From Alphaproteobacteria bacterium (GTDB lineage Bacteria > Pseudomonadota > Alphaproteobacteria > JAJTHO01), in contig JAJTHO010000024.1 in the NCBI GenBank assembly GCA_021297975.1, positions 2,391-26,390 on the forward strand: a stretch of 24,000 bases of DNA. The letters are read 5' to 3'. Shown here piece after piece: positions 15,404 to 23,202 of this stretch (position 1 is the first letter of the stretch; each line of letters starts with the position of its first letter). The position numbers and the translations under genes were made by a program. The notes under the pieces are model-generated. The model worked only from the letters and a program-made list of their open reading frames with translations, was not told the origin of the DNA and did no database searches.

Positions 15404-16774
15404 ATGGAAAAACGTGTTTTTATAAAAACTTTTGGTTGTCAGATGAACGTGTATGACAGCACAAAGATGCTGAGTTTGTTGCGACCACTTGGCTATACGG
15501 AAACGGAAACGGCGGCGGATGCGGATTTGATGCTGCTGAACACCTGTCATATCCGGGAAAAAGCGGCGGAAAAAGTCTATTCAGACTTAGGCCGCTTGCG
15601 CGATTTGCGCTTAAAACGTGAGAAAATCGGCAAAGCCACGCTTATTGGTGTGACTGGCTGTGTGGCGCAGGCCGAACAGGATGAAGTGACCCGCCGTGCG
15701 CCCTATGTGGATGTGGTCTTGGGCCCGCAATCGTATCACCGCTTACCAGAATTGGTGGCGGCGGCGGAAGAAAAGCACACCGGTAAGCGGCCAAATCTGA
15801 TTGCCGCGGACTTTACCCCGGAGTCAAAATTTGACCAACTGCCGATGGCCGGCTCAAAGCAGGGTAGCTCCGCGTTTCTGACTATCCAAGAGGGTTGTGA
15901 CAAATTTTGCACGTTTTGCGTTGTGCCCTACACTCGCGGGGCAGAGTATTCGCGCACGGCGGCAGCGGTGCTGGAAGAAGCGCGCATTCTGATTGCCGAA
16001 GGCGCTGTGGAAATAACCTTGTTGGGGCAGAATGTGAATGCTTATCACGGTTTGGCGGCAGATGGTACATCGTGGGGCTTAGCGCAGTTGTTACACGCGG
16101 TGGCGGCGTTGCCGGGGTTGCAGCGTCTCCGCTATACAACGTCGCACCCTCGTGATGTGGATACAGCCTTGATTGAGGCGCACCGCGATATCCTGATTCT
16201 GCAACCGCTATTACATTTACCCGTGCAGAGCGGCGCTGATAAAATTCTTAGCGCCATGAACCGCAAACATACGGCGGCTGAATATCTTGATACTATCGCG
16301 GCGCTGCGGCGTGCACGGCCAGATATCGCCTTCTCTTCAGATTTTATCGTCGGCTATCCAGGAGAAACTGATGCGGATTTTGAAGCAACGCTAGAGCTGG
16401 TGCGTTTGGTGGAATTTGTTGGTGCGTATTCCTTCAAATACAGCCCGCGGCCGGGTACGCCTGCGGCGGAACTGGCCGCAACATCGGTGCCAGAAGCGAT
16501 AAAAGATGCCCGGTTAGCGGCACTACAAGAGCTGTTACAAAAACAGCAATACTCTTTTAACCAAAGAGCGTTAGGCACGGAACAAGAGGTGTTGTTCAGT
16601 GATACAGAACGCAGCGACGGAATGCTTTTTGGCAAAACCGCCTATCTACAGTCGGTTATTGTTGAGGCACCTGCCCGCCTACGGGGACGTATCGAGCGGG
16701 TGCACATTGAGCACGCGGGGACGAACAGCCTTAAAGGACGTCTCATTATCAACGAGGAGCCATTAGCCGCGTGA
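15404..16774 (+). CDS. miaB: tRNA-2-methylthio-N6-dimethylallyladenosine synthase MiaB (radical SAM methylthiotransferase)
   Basis: 456 aa. UPF0004 N-domain (FIKTFGCQMNVYDS...NTCHIREKA...GCVAQ), radical-SAM CDKFCTFC and a C-terminal TRAM domain. Confidence 0.95.
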   Translation: MEKRVFIKTFGCQMNVYDSTKMLSLLRPLGYTETETAADADLMLLNTCHIREKAAEKVYSDLGRLRDLRLKREKIGKATLIGVTGCVAQAEQDEVTRRAPYVDVVLGPQSYHRLPELVAAAEEKHTGKRPNLIAADFTPESKFDQLPMAGSKQGSSAFLTIQEGCDKFCTFCVVPYTRGAEYSRTAAAVLEEARILIAEGAVEITLLGQNVNAYHGLAADGTSWGLAQLLHAVAALPGLQRLRYTTSHPRDVDTALIEAHRDILILQPLLHLPVQSGADKILSAMNRKHTAAEYLDTIAALRRARPDIAFSSDFIVGYPGETDADFEATLELVRLVEFVGAYSFKYSPRPGTPAAELAATSVPEAIKDARLAALQELLQKQQYSFNQRALGTEQEVLFSDTERSDGMLFGKTAYLQSVIVEAPARLRGRIERVHIEHAGTNSLKGRLIINEEPLAA

Positions 16775-17748
16775 GTACCGTACAAGAATTGAGCTTTAAA
16801 AATAATTCCCTTCTCCTCCAGCTGCTTGGTCAGCATGATTGCCATCTTGATGTGATTGAAGACGCGCTGAACGTCGAAATTGCGATGCGCGGCAATCAGT
16901 TGCAAATAAAAGGCGCAGCAATGGCTGTTGCCACAGCAAAAGCCGGTTTGGAAAAACTCTATAACCGATTACAGAAAGGCGAACGCTTGGAAAAAGCAGA
17001 TGTGGCAGCAGCAGTGCGCTTTGCGCAGGCGGGTTCTTCAGCCGAGGACAACACCGGTGACGGTAACGCCATTAAAACCCGTAAGAAAACCATTACGGCG
17101 CGCACGCCCAATCAACAGAAATACTTAGATGCGCTAGAGCACAGCCAGCTTGTATTTGGCTTGGGGCCCGCAGGAACCGGGAAAACGTATCTGGCGGTTG
17201 CGAAAGCGGTTGAGCTGCTGCAAGTGGAAAAGATTGAGCGGTTAATTCTATCGCGTCCGGCGGTGGAAGCAGGCGAGCACCTTGGTTTCTTACCCGGTGA
17301 TCTGCGCAGTAAGGTCGATCCCTATCTGCGCCCCCTTTATGATGCGCTGCACGATATGATGCCGGCCGAACAGGTAGAAAAGCGTCTGGCCAACGGGCAG
17401 ATAGAAGTTGCACCATTAGCCTTTATGCGTGGCCGTACATTGGGGCGCGCTTATGTGATTCTTGATGAGGCGCAAAACACCACCCATGTGCAGATGAAAA
17501 TGTTCCTGACCCGTCTTGGTGAAGGATCACGCATGGCTATTACCGGTGATTTAAGCCAGGTTGATTTACCGAAAGCGGTGAAATCAGGGCTGCGCGAGGC
17601 GATTCAAGTCTTGGATGGTGTGTCGGGCATCTCGTTTGTTCGTTTTGATGAGGATGATGTGGTGCGCCATCCGCTGGTAACGCGAATTGTAAAGGCCTAT
17701 AACGCCTTTGAAACATCAATGGGCAACCCTTACGGTGAAACGCATTAA
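16771..17748 (+). CDS. ybeZ: PhoH-like ATPase (YbeZ)
   Basis: 325 aa with a GTG start overlapping the miaB stop (GTGA). Walker A GPAGTGKTYLAV, then LSRPAVEAGE.LGFLPGD and ILDEAQN motifs. Confidence 0.9.
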   Translation: MSTVQELSFKNNSLLLQLLGQHDCHLDVIEDALNVEIAMRGNQLQIKGAAMAVATAKAGLEKLYNRLQKGERLEKADVAAAVRFAQAGSSAEDNTGDGNAIKTRKKTITARTPNQQKYLDALEHSQLVFGLGPAGTGKTYLAVAKAVELLQVEKIERLILSRPAVEAGEHLGFLPGDLRSKVDPYLRPLYDALHDMMPAEQVEKRLANGQIEVAPLAFMRGRTLGRAYVILDEAQNTTHVQMKMFLTRLGEGSRMAITGDLSQVDLPKAVKSGLREAIQVLDGVSGISFVRFDEDDVVRHPLVTRIVKAYNAFETSMGNPYGETH

Positions 17749-18190
17749 ACTCGACGTTGTTATATCGCACGCACCATGGCGGCAAGCCATACCGCGCCTC
17801 GTCGTGTTTACCCGCAGTGTGCTTGCCGCAATACCGTTTCCGCCTGATGCTAATGGCCACACCCTTGTTGTTGCCTATATAGACGATGCCGCGCAGCAGC
17901 AGCTGAATAGGCAGTTTCGCGGCAAGGATAAGCCAACGAATGTGCTATCGTTTCCGGGGGATGTAGGGCTTGAGCATCTGGGGGATATCGCGCTAGCGTA
18001 TGAGACCATACAGCGCGAGGCGCAGGCAGCTAATGTGCCTATAGCGGCGCATCTGGCGCATTTACTCGTGCACGGCGCGCTGCATCTACAAGGCTATGAC
18101 CACGAGCATGATACGGATGCCGCCGTGATGATGCAAAAAGAAGTCGAAATTCTCGCGCGGCTCGATTATACAGATCCGTATGCCGCGTAA
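17735..18190 (+). CDS. ybeY: Endoribonuclease YbeY (rRNA maturation factor)
   Basis: Zinc-binding motif HLLVHGALHLQGYDHEHD. The start is ambiguous: GTG 17735 is preferred and TTG 17708 is listed. Sits in the conserved phoH-ybeY-corC order. Confidence 0.85.
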   Translation: MKRIKLDVVISHAPWRQAIPRLVVFTRSVLAAIPFPPDANGHTLVVAYIDDAAQQQLNRQFRGKDKPTNVLSFPGDVGLEHLGDIALAYETIQREAQAANVPIAAHLAHLLVHGALHLQGYDHEHDTDAAVMMQKEVEILARLDYTDPYAA

Positions 18191-19049
18191 AATCTTTGCC
18201 CGCTGGTGGGCGCACCGAAAAGCTCTGGAGGTGGAGCGAACGTCTGAACTGCCGAGTCACCCTCTTGATGCCGCTGCGCTGCCAACAGAACAGGCGATGC
18301 TGGCCAATATTGGCCGTCTGAAAGATTTGGAAGCCAGCGATATTATGATTCCCCGGGCGGATATCATTGCGCTGGATTTGGCGCTGAGCCGTGACGAGAT
18401 TCTGGCGCAGATTCATGAGCATGATCACGCCCGTTTTCCGGTGTATTTTGATGATTTGGATGATGTGCGCGGTTTTATTGATATCAAATATCTTTTTGAT
18501 CAAGTCACAAAAAATCAACCGTTTGATTTAGCCGCGGTGATGCACAAACCACTTTTTATTGTGCCGTCGATGCGGGTTATTGAAATTCTGGTGCATATGC
18601 GGCTGAGCCATATTCATTTGGCGCTCGTGGTGGATGAATACGGCGGCATTGACGGGCTGGTAACGATTGAAGACGTGATGGAAACAATTGTTGGCTCCTT
18701 GCAGGAAGCCAGCGATAGCACCGATGGCCCCAGGATTATTGTTCAGGCCGATGGCCGCTATCTGGTTGATGCGCGCGTAGAGCTGCCGATGTTGGAGCAG
18801 AAATTAGGCTTAACACTCGATTTAACCGACGATGAGCGCGATGATATTGATACTGTTGGCGGCTATATTTTTTATGAGCTTGGCCGGGTACCGGCACGCG
18901 GTGAAGTCGTGAAGGTTAAAAGCGGCTTAGAATTCGAGATTCTTGATGCGGATCCGCGGCGGATTAAGTGGTTGCGGGTGTTGCAACACGGCGCAGCAGG
19001 TACGGCACTGCCGCCGCAGAAGAATGCAGTTTCAAACCCGCCTGTATGA
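18180..19049 (+). CDS. corC: CBS-domain plus CorC_HlyC transporter-associated protein (CorC/TlyC/YbeX family)
   Basis: 289 aa. CBS pair (IMIPRADIIALD...; HLALVVDEYGGIDGLVTIEDVME) and a C-terminal CorC_HlyC domain (DTVGGYIFYELGRVPARGEVV). Confidence 0.85.
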   Translation: MPRKIFARWWAHRKALEVERTSELPSHPLDAAALPTEQAMLANIGRLKDLEASDIMIPRADIIALDLALSRDEILAQIHEHDHARFPVYFDDLDDVRGFIDIKYLFDQVTKNQPFDLAAVMHKPLFIVPSMRVIEILVHMRLSHIHLALVVDEYGGIDGLVTIEDVMETIVGSLQEASDSTDGPRIIVQADGRYLVDARVELPMLEQKLGLTLDLTDDERDDIDTVGGYIFYELGRVPARGEVVKVKSGLEFEILDADPRRIKWLRVLQHGAAGTALPPQKNAVSNPPV

Positions 19050-20581
19050 GTGAAACGAACGCGCCTTTAAAGGCGGTGACGCCGCCGCGGGGCGGTGTTT
19101 ATATGCTGCTGTTTACGGCTGGTCTGCTGGCGAGTTTGGCGATGCCGCCGCAGGGATTTGTAGTTTTCTTGTTGCTTTTCTCCATCTGTTTATGGGGCAT
19201 GCAGCGAGCAGCAACGCCTTTACAGGGGGCGTTATCCTGGGGCGTCTTTGCCTACGGTTTCTACCTGCCGCAACTCACCTGGATACGCGAGGCGCTGTTT
19301 GTTGATGCCGAGCAGTTTGGCTGGCTGGCTATACCGGCTATTTTGGGGATACCGCTGTACCTTTCGCTATTTATGGCAATGGCGGGAGCTGTTTACGCGG
19401 CTTTGAGGCCGCCGTTAAAATATGCGGCTGTAACGTTTGCCGGGTTGTGGGGACTCACCGATTATCTGCAAGGGCATGTGGCGTTTTCATTTCCCTGGGC
19501 AATGCCGGTGTATGCGCTGGATGCTGTACCCATCTTACAGCAACTGCATAGCGTTCTGGGGGCGTATGCGTTAAATTCGCTGGTTGTTCTGTGGGGCTGC
19601 CTGCCGTTTTTGCTGCTGACGAAGCAATGGAAACAGGCGGTATTTTGGTGTATATGTTTGTTCTGTGCGCTTGCATGGGGGCAGCATCGTCTTAACGAGT
19701 ATACAAATGTTTCACGTGAAACATCAGGCGACATAGCCATCCGCCTTGTTCAGCCTAACATTGAACAACATCTCAAATGGGATCAAACACGGGTCGAGGA
19801 AAATTTCTACAAGGTTACGGCTCTCATCGAGACGCCCTATCTAGATACAGCGAAGCCTCCACGTTTGGTGGTGCTTCCAGAAGCAACTATCCCGTTGCTA
19901 CTCCAAAACGATGCAAACGCCCGCACGGAACTGACTAAAACTCTTGTACCCGGAGTATTTCTTGCTTTGGGTGGGCATCGATTTGAGGCTGGTGAGTATT
20001 TCAACAGTATGCTGGTGCTCAGCAGCGCAGCGGAAATTATAGCCTATTATGATAAACACCATCTTGTACCCTTCGGTGAATATGTGCCGCTGCGGAATAT
20101 TCTTCCTCTTGAGGCCATTGCCCCACTCCCGGGAGACTTTGGCCGCGGCAAGGGAGCGCTTGCTCTTAAGCTGGCGGCGGATATGCCCCGCCTGTGGCCA
20201 CTTATCTGTTATGAAGCCGTGTTCAGCGGCGCGGTGGTTACGGGCAATGCCTCAGACGGCGTTTTGGTGCAGATTACCAACGATGCCTGGTTTGGCCGTT
20301 CAGCCGGGCCCTACCAGCACTTAGCCATTGCTCGCACCCGCGCCATAGAAGAGGGGCTGCCGATGCTGCGTGTTGCTAACACCGGCATTAGCGCGGTCAT
20401 CGACCCAATGGGGCGGATTCAGGCCAGCTTGGCATTGGGTGAAGCGGGGGTTCTTGATGCGGTGATACCGCCTGTGTACCCAGCGCTTTTTCCGCAATAT
20501 CGCTGGATAAGCTGGGCATTACCCCTGCTGCTGGTAAGCTCGGCGCTGATTTTACTTGCCAGACGGTCTAGACATCGTTAA
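19046..20581 (+). CDS. lnt: Apolipoprotein N-acyltransferase
   Basis: Multi-TM N-terminal domain followed by a CN-hydrolase domain (RLVQPNIEQHLKWD, VLPEATIP, ICYEAVF, QITNDAWFG). I prefer ATG 19046, which forms an ATGA overlap with the corC stop. The listed ORF starts at 18968. Confidence 0.9.
   Translation: MSETNAPLKAVTPPRGGVYMLLFTAGLLASLAMPPQGFVVFLLLFSICLWGMQRAATPLQGALSWGVFAYGFYLPQLTWIREALFVDAEQFGWLAIPAILGIPLYLSLFMAMAGAVYAALRPPLKYAAVTFAGLWGLTDYLQGHVAFSFPWAMPVYALDAVPILQQLHSVLGAYALNSLVVLWGCLPFLLLTKQWKQAVFWCICLFCALAWGQHRLNEYTNVSRETSGDIAIRLVQPNIEQHLKWDQTRVEENFYKVTALIETPYLDTAKPPRLVVLPEATIPLLLQNDANARTELTKTLVPGVFLALGGHRFEAGEYFNSMLVLSSAAEIIAYYDKHHLVPFGEYVPLRNILPLEAIAPLPGDFGRGKGALALKLAADMPRLWPLICYEAVFSGAVVTGNASDGVLVQITNDAWFGRSAGPYQHLAIARTRAIEEGLPMLRVANTGISAVIDPMGRIQASLALGEAGVLDAVIPPVYPALFPQYRWISWALPLLLVSSALILLARRSRHR
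19708..19723. promoter_or_regulatory. parS: parS centromere-like ParB-binding site, perfect consensus TGTTTCACGTGAAACA (second copy)
   Basis: Exact 16-bp palindrome inside lnt, again translated as VSRET. The 21-nt stretch AATGTTTCACGTGAAACATCA is identical to 10956-10976, and 24 of 25 nt are shared. Confidence 0.85.
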
Positions 20582-20614
20582 GTATGCTGCTCTTTTAGCG
20601 ATGATGAGAGCCTT

Positions 20615-20740
20615 ATGAAAATCGTCAACTCCTTGAAAACCATCAAAAACCGTCACAAAGATTGCCGGCTCGTCCGCCGTCGTGGCCGGGTGTATATCAT
20701 CAACAAAACAAACCCAAAGTTTAAGGCGCGCCAAGGCTAA
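20615..20740 (+). CDS. rpmJ: 50S ribosomal protein L36 (bL36), 41 aa
   Basis: Hand translation gives [41 protein letters not shown] with stop TAA at 20738-20740, a near-textbook alphaproteobacterial-type L36. It is below the ORF-track length cutoff. The listed antisense ORF 20552..20749 is its shadow. Confidence 0.9.
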   Translation: MKIVNSLKTIKNRHKDCRLVRRRGRVYIINKTNPKFKARQG

Positions 20741-20765
20741 GCCTTTCAAGTGTATACGAGGTTGT

Positions 20766-21644
20766 TCATCGCTTTCTGAGCGTTAACACCATGCCGCCAA
20801 TAACAAATACCAGTGCCACTAATAGTCCACCTGTTATGCGCTCGCCAAGCACCAGGGCAGAAATAACGACGCCAAAAATGGGCGTTAGGTAATTACTAAA
20901 GCCGATATGGGTTACGCTGCCGTGATGCAGTAGGTAGGTTGTTAGCAACAAGGCTGATGCGCTAGGTAACAGCGCCAATAACAACAAATGGAGCCACGCC
21001 AATGCGTCGGTTGTGACGATGATTGTGGGCGGGTACGCCGCGATAATTACCCACGACGTAATGGCGGAACTTACCATCATCCCCGTTGTGCGCGGCACAA
21101 ACGGAATAGAGTTGAAACGCTTTAATTCCGTGATGGTCAGGCCATAACACAGCGCAGCAGCGGCAATGGCCAGAACAGGTAACAGCGGCAGCGGAACCGC
21201 AGGCAGCGGCCAGAACAAACTGGCAACGCCAATAAAACCAAGCGATATGCCCGCCGCAAGTCGCCAGGTCAGCCGCTCATTGGGGAACTGTAGATGGGCA
21301 ATCAGCACGGTGAATAAAGGAACCGTGCCGATAATAAGCGCAGCAACGCCGCTGGGCACACTTTTCAAGCCCCAGCCGATCAACAAAAAAGGTAGAACGT
21401 TCCCCAGCACGCCGAGCCATAGGTAAACCCGCCAATGTTGTAACAAGAATGGCTGTTTGCAGAAAAAATGCTGATACAGGCACAAACACAGCCCTGCTAT
21501 GGTTAAGCGCCAAGCCACCAATGCCAATGGCTCCAGCGCCACTAAAGTGAGCGCCGTTAACGGAAAAGCAATCGCCCACAGCAAGGACAATAGCACTACG
21601 CACCCCCATAAGCGCAGCGGAGACGGAACTGAAGCAGCGGTCAT
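20766..21644 (-). CDS. EamA/DMT-superfamily transporter (about 10 TM helices)
   Basis: 292 aa, uniformly hydrophobic with two EamA-like halves (e.g. GNVLPFLLIGWGLKSVPSGVAALI and TPIFGVVISALVLGERIT). Confidence 0.8.
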   Translation of the reverse strand: MTAASVPSPLRLWGCVVLLSLLWAIAFPLTALTLVALEPLALVAWRLTIAGLCLCLYQHFFCKQPFLLQHWRVYLWLGVLGNVLPFLLIGWGLKSVPSGVAALIIGTVPLFTVLIAHLQFPNERLTWRLAAGISLGFIGVASLFWPLPAVPLPLLPVLAIAAAALCYGLTITELKRFNSIPFVPRTTGMMVSSAITSWVIIAAYPPTIIVTTDALAWLHLLLLALLPSASALLLTTYLLHHGSVTHIGFSNYLTPIFGVVISALVLGERITGGLLVALVFVIGGMVLTLRKR

Positions 21645-21681
21645 GGGTTGCCTTCTTTTTATTTCGCGGCTTTATGAAAGA

Positions 21682-22362
21682 ATGAAAGCAGCACCCATAG
21701 GTAAGAACACGCGGCGGCGGCGTCCAGCAGTATTAACAGTAAACGCAATTGAAACGCTGTTTGCTCGTTTCCAAGCGGCCAATCCAGACCCAAAGACAGA
21801 GCTAGAGTACACCGATGCGTTTACCTTGCTAGTGGCAGTGGTGCTCTCTGCGCAGGCAACAGATGTCAGCGTTAATAAAGCAACCAAAGGGCTTTTTCAG
21901 GTGGCGGCAACGCCTTTAGCCATGCGCGCGTTGGGTATAGACGGCATTAAGCGGCATATCAAAACCATCGGGCTCTATAATTCCAAGGCGCAGAATATAT
22001 ATGATCTATGTGGGTTATTGCTGGAAAAGCATGGCGGGATTGTGCCCAGTGAGAGAGCGGCGCTAGAGGAGCTTCCCGGTGTTGGCCGTAAAACTGCAAA
22101 CGTAGTGCTCAATTGCGCCTTTGGTCAGCCGACTATGGCAGTGGATACCCATGTTTTTCGGGTGAGCAAGCGTTTGGCCTTAAGCAGCGGTAAAAACCCG
22201 TTAGCGGTAGAGCTGGATTTGCTCAAAAATATACCGCCCGGCTATCTTTATTATGCACACCACTGGCTTATTCTTCATGGCCGTTATGTCTGTAAGGCAC
22301 GCATGCCGAACTGCGGCGACTGTGTTATTCGTGATGTGTGCTTAAAGGTTGACGTTCAGTGA
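21682..22362 (+). CDS. nth: Endonuclease III (DNA glycosylase/AP lyase)
   Basis: LLVAVVLSAQATD, HhH-GPD motif LPGVGRKTANVVL, VDTHVFRVSKRL and the 4Fe-4S cluster C-x6-C-x2-C-x5-C (CKARMPNCGDCVIRDVC). I prefer ATG 21682, giving 226 aa. The listed ORF starts inside eamA. Confidence 0.9.
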   Translation: MKAAPIGKNTRRRRPAVLTVNAIETLFARFQAANPDPKTELEYTDAFTLLVAVVLSAQATDVSVNKATKGLFQVAATPLAMRALGIDGIKRHIKTIGLYNSKAQNIYDLCGLLLEKHGGIVPSERAALEELPGVGRKTANVVLNCAFGQPTMAVDTHVFRVSKRLALSSGKNPLAVELDLLKNIPPGYLYYAHHWLILHGRYVCKARMPNCGDCVIRDVCLKVDVQ

Positions 22363-23072
22363 GCCTGTGCGCCAAAGCCAGCCGCTGCGCGGTATTCCAG
22401 CGGCGCGAAGCCAGCAACGCGAATATCCAGGATAATATCATCCAGTAAAGCATCATTTTCACCGCTAACACTGATATACAACTGCCCAGACTGGCTGCTT
22501 GTTTCATCATGGTGTAATTCAACATGCCCGGCCACAATATCCGCGTAGCTAAAAACATCGCCTTCGCGCAAAACAACAGCATCACAGAGCAGAAACGCGT
22601 TGTCCATCATGGCAGAGACACGAAATTGCAAGGAGCGAGCCGATGCACCGGCGCTGGAGTTATCCAAAAGATGCTCTTGGGACAGGGGCACAATATCGCC
22701 CCAGCCGATGTCAATTGTCCGCAGTGCTGCAGTTGACGTTCCTTTTACTGGTTGTGGTACCATGCTTTCGCGGAGAACATCAGTTAAGGTTGGGGCGTTC
22801 TTTAAGGTGCTGACAAAAAGCGTTGTCATGGCCTGAAGCTGCAGCCCTTCCAGACGATTGCCCGTGTTATCTTCAAGCGCCGCTTGGGGATTATTGCGAT
22901 AATAACCAAGAATGAGCGTTTGCTGCTGCGTATAGCTATCTGTCACCAAGAGGTCATTGCCTGAAGGCAGAAATTGCGCTGTGTACACATTGCTGATGTT
23001 GTCTAAGGCAATGATGCGTTGGCCATCGGCATGGGTTAAATGGAGCTGGGGTAGGAGGTGTGTTGTGGTCAT
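22356..23072 (-). CDS. Hypothetical protein with adhesin-like architecture (BapA-prefix-like N-terminus plus one cadherin-like repeat)
   Basis: 238 aa with GAGG 7 nt upstream of the ATG. GNDLLVTDSYTQQQTLILGYY resembles the G-N-D-L-V...I-x-N-F-F prefix motif of giant T1SS adhesins. FSYADIVAGHVELHHDETS...ISVSGEND...LDIRV resembles the FTxADIxAGxVxYxHDGSE cadherin-like repeat. There is no signal peptide and no RTX nonapeptides. This assignment comes from remembered motif patterns only. Confidence 0.45.
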   Translation of the reverse strand: MTTTHLLPQLHLTHADGQRIIALDNISNVYTAQFLPSGNDLLVTDSYTQQQTLILGYYRNNPQAALEDNTGNRLEGLQLQAMTTLFVSTLKNAPTLTDVLRESMVPQPVKGTSTAALRTIDIGWGDIVPLSQEHLLDNSSAGASARSLQFRVSAMMDNAFLLCDAVVLREGDVFSYADIVAGHVELHHDETSSQSGQLYISVSGENDALLDDIILDIRVAGFAPLEYRAAAGFGAQAH

Positions 23073-23114
23073 CGTGGCCTCGTTCGCTGGGTCGTACCCC
23101 TTAAAGTGTCTATA

Positions 23115-23130
23115 AGTGATTTATATCACT
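23115..23130. promoter_or_regulatory. Imperfect palindrome AGTGATttatATCACT in a divergent intergenic region (candidate operator)
   Basis: 6-bp perfect arms (AGTGAT / ATCACT) separated by 4 nt, centred in the 130-bp gap between the two divergent hypothetical genes. Confidence 0.3.
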
Positions 23131-23202
23131 ATAAATCCGCCATATGCAAGTATTATTTATACCAACACCCTAGATTACGCCCAAAAAGTTAAGAGATTCT
23201 TG

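Noticed and set aside
20731-20745. Palindrome AAGGCT-A-AGCCTT at the rpmJ stop as a terminator hairpin
   Set aside because: The usable stem is about 4 bp once a minimal loop is allowed, and no U-tract follows.
20552-20749. 65-aa ORF on the minus strand between lnt and eamA
   Set aside because: It is antisense to a textbook L36 (rpmJ) coding sequence on the + strand.
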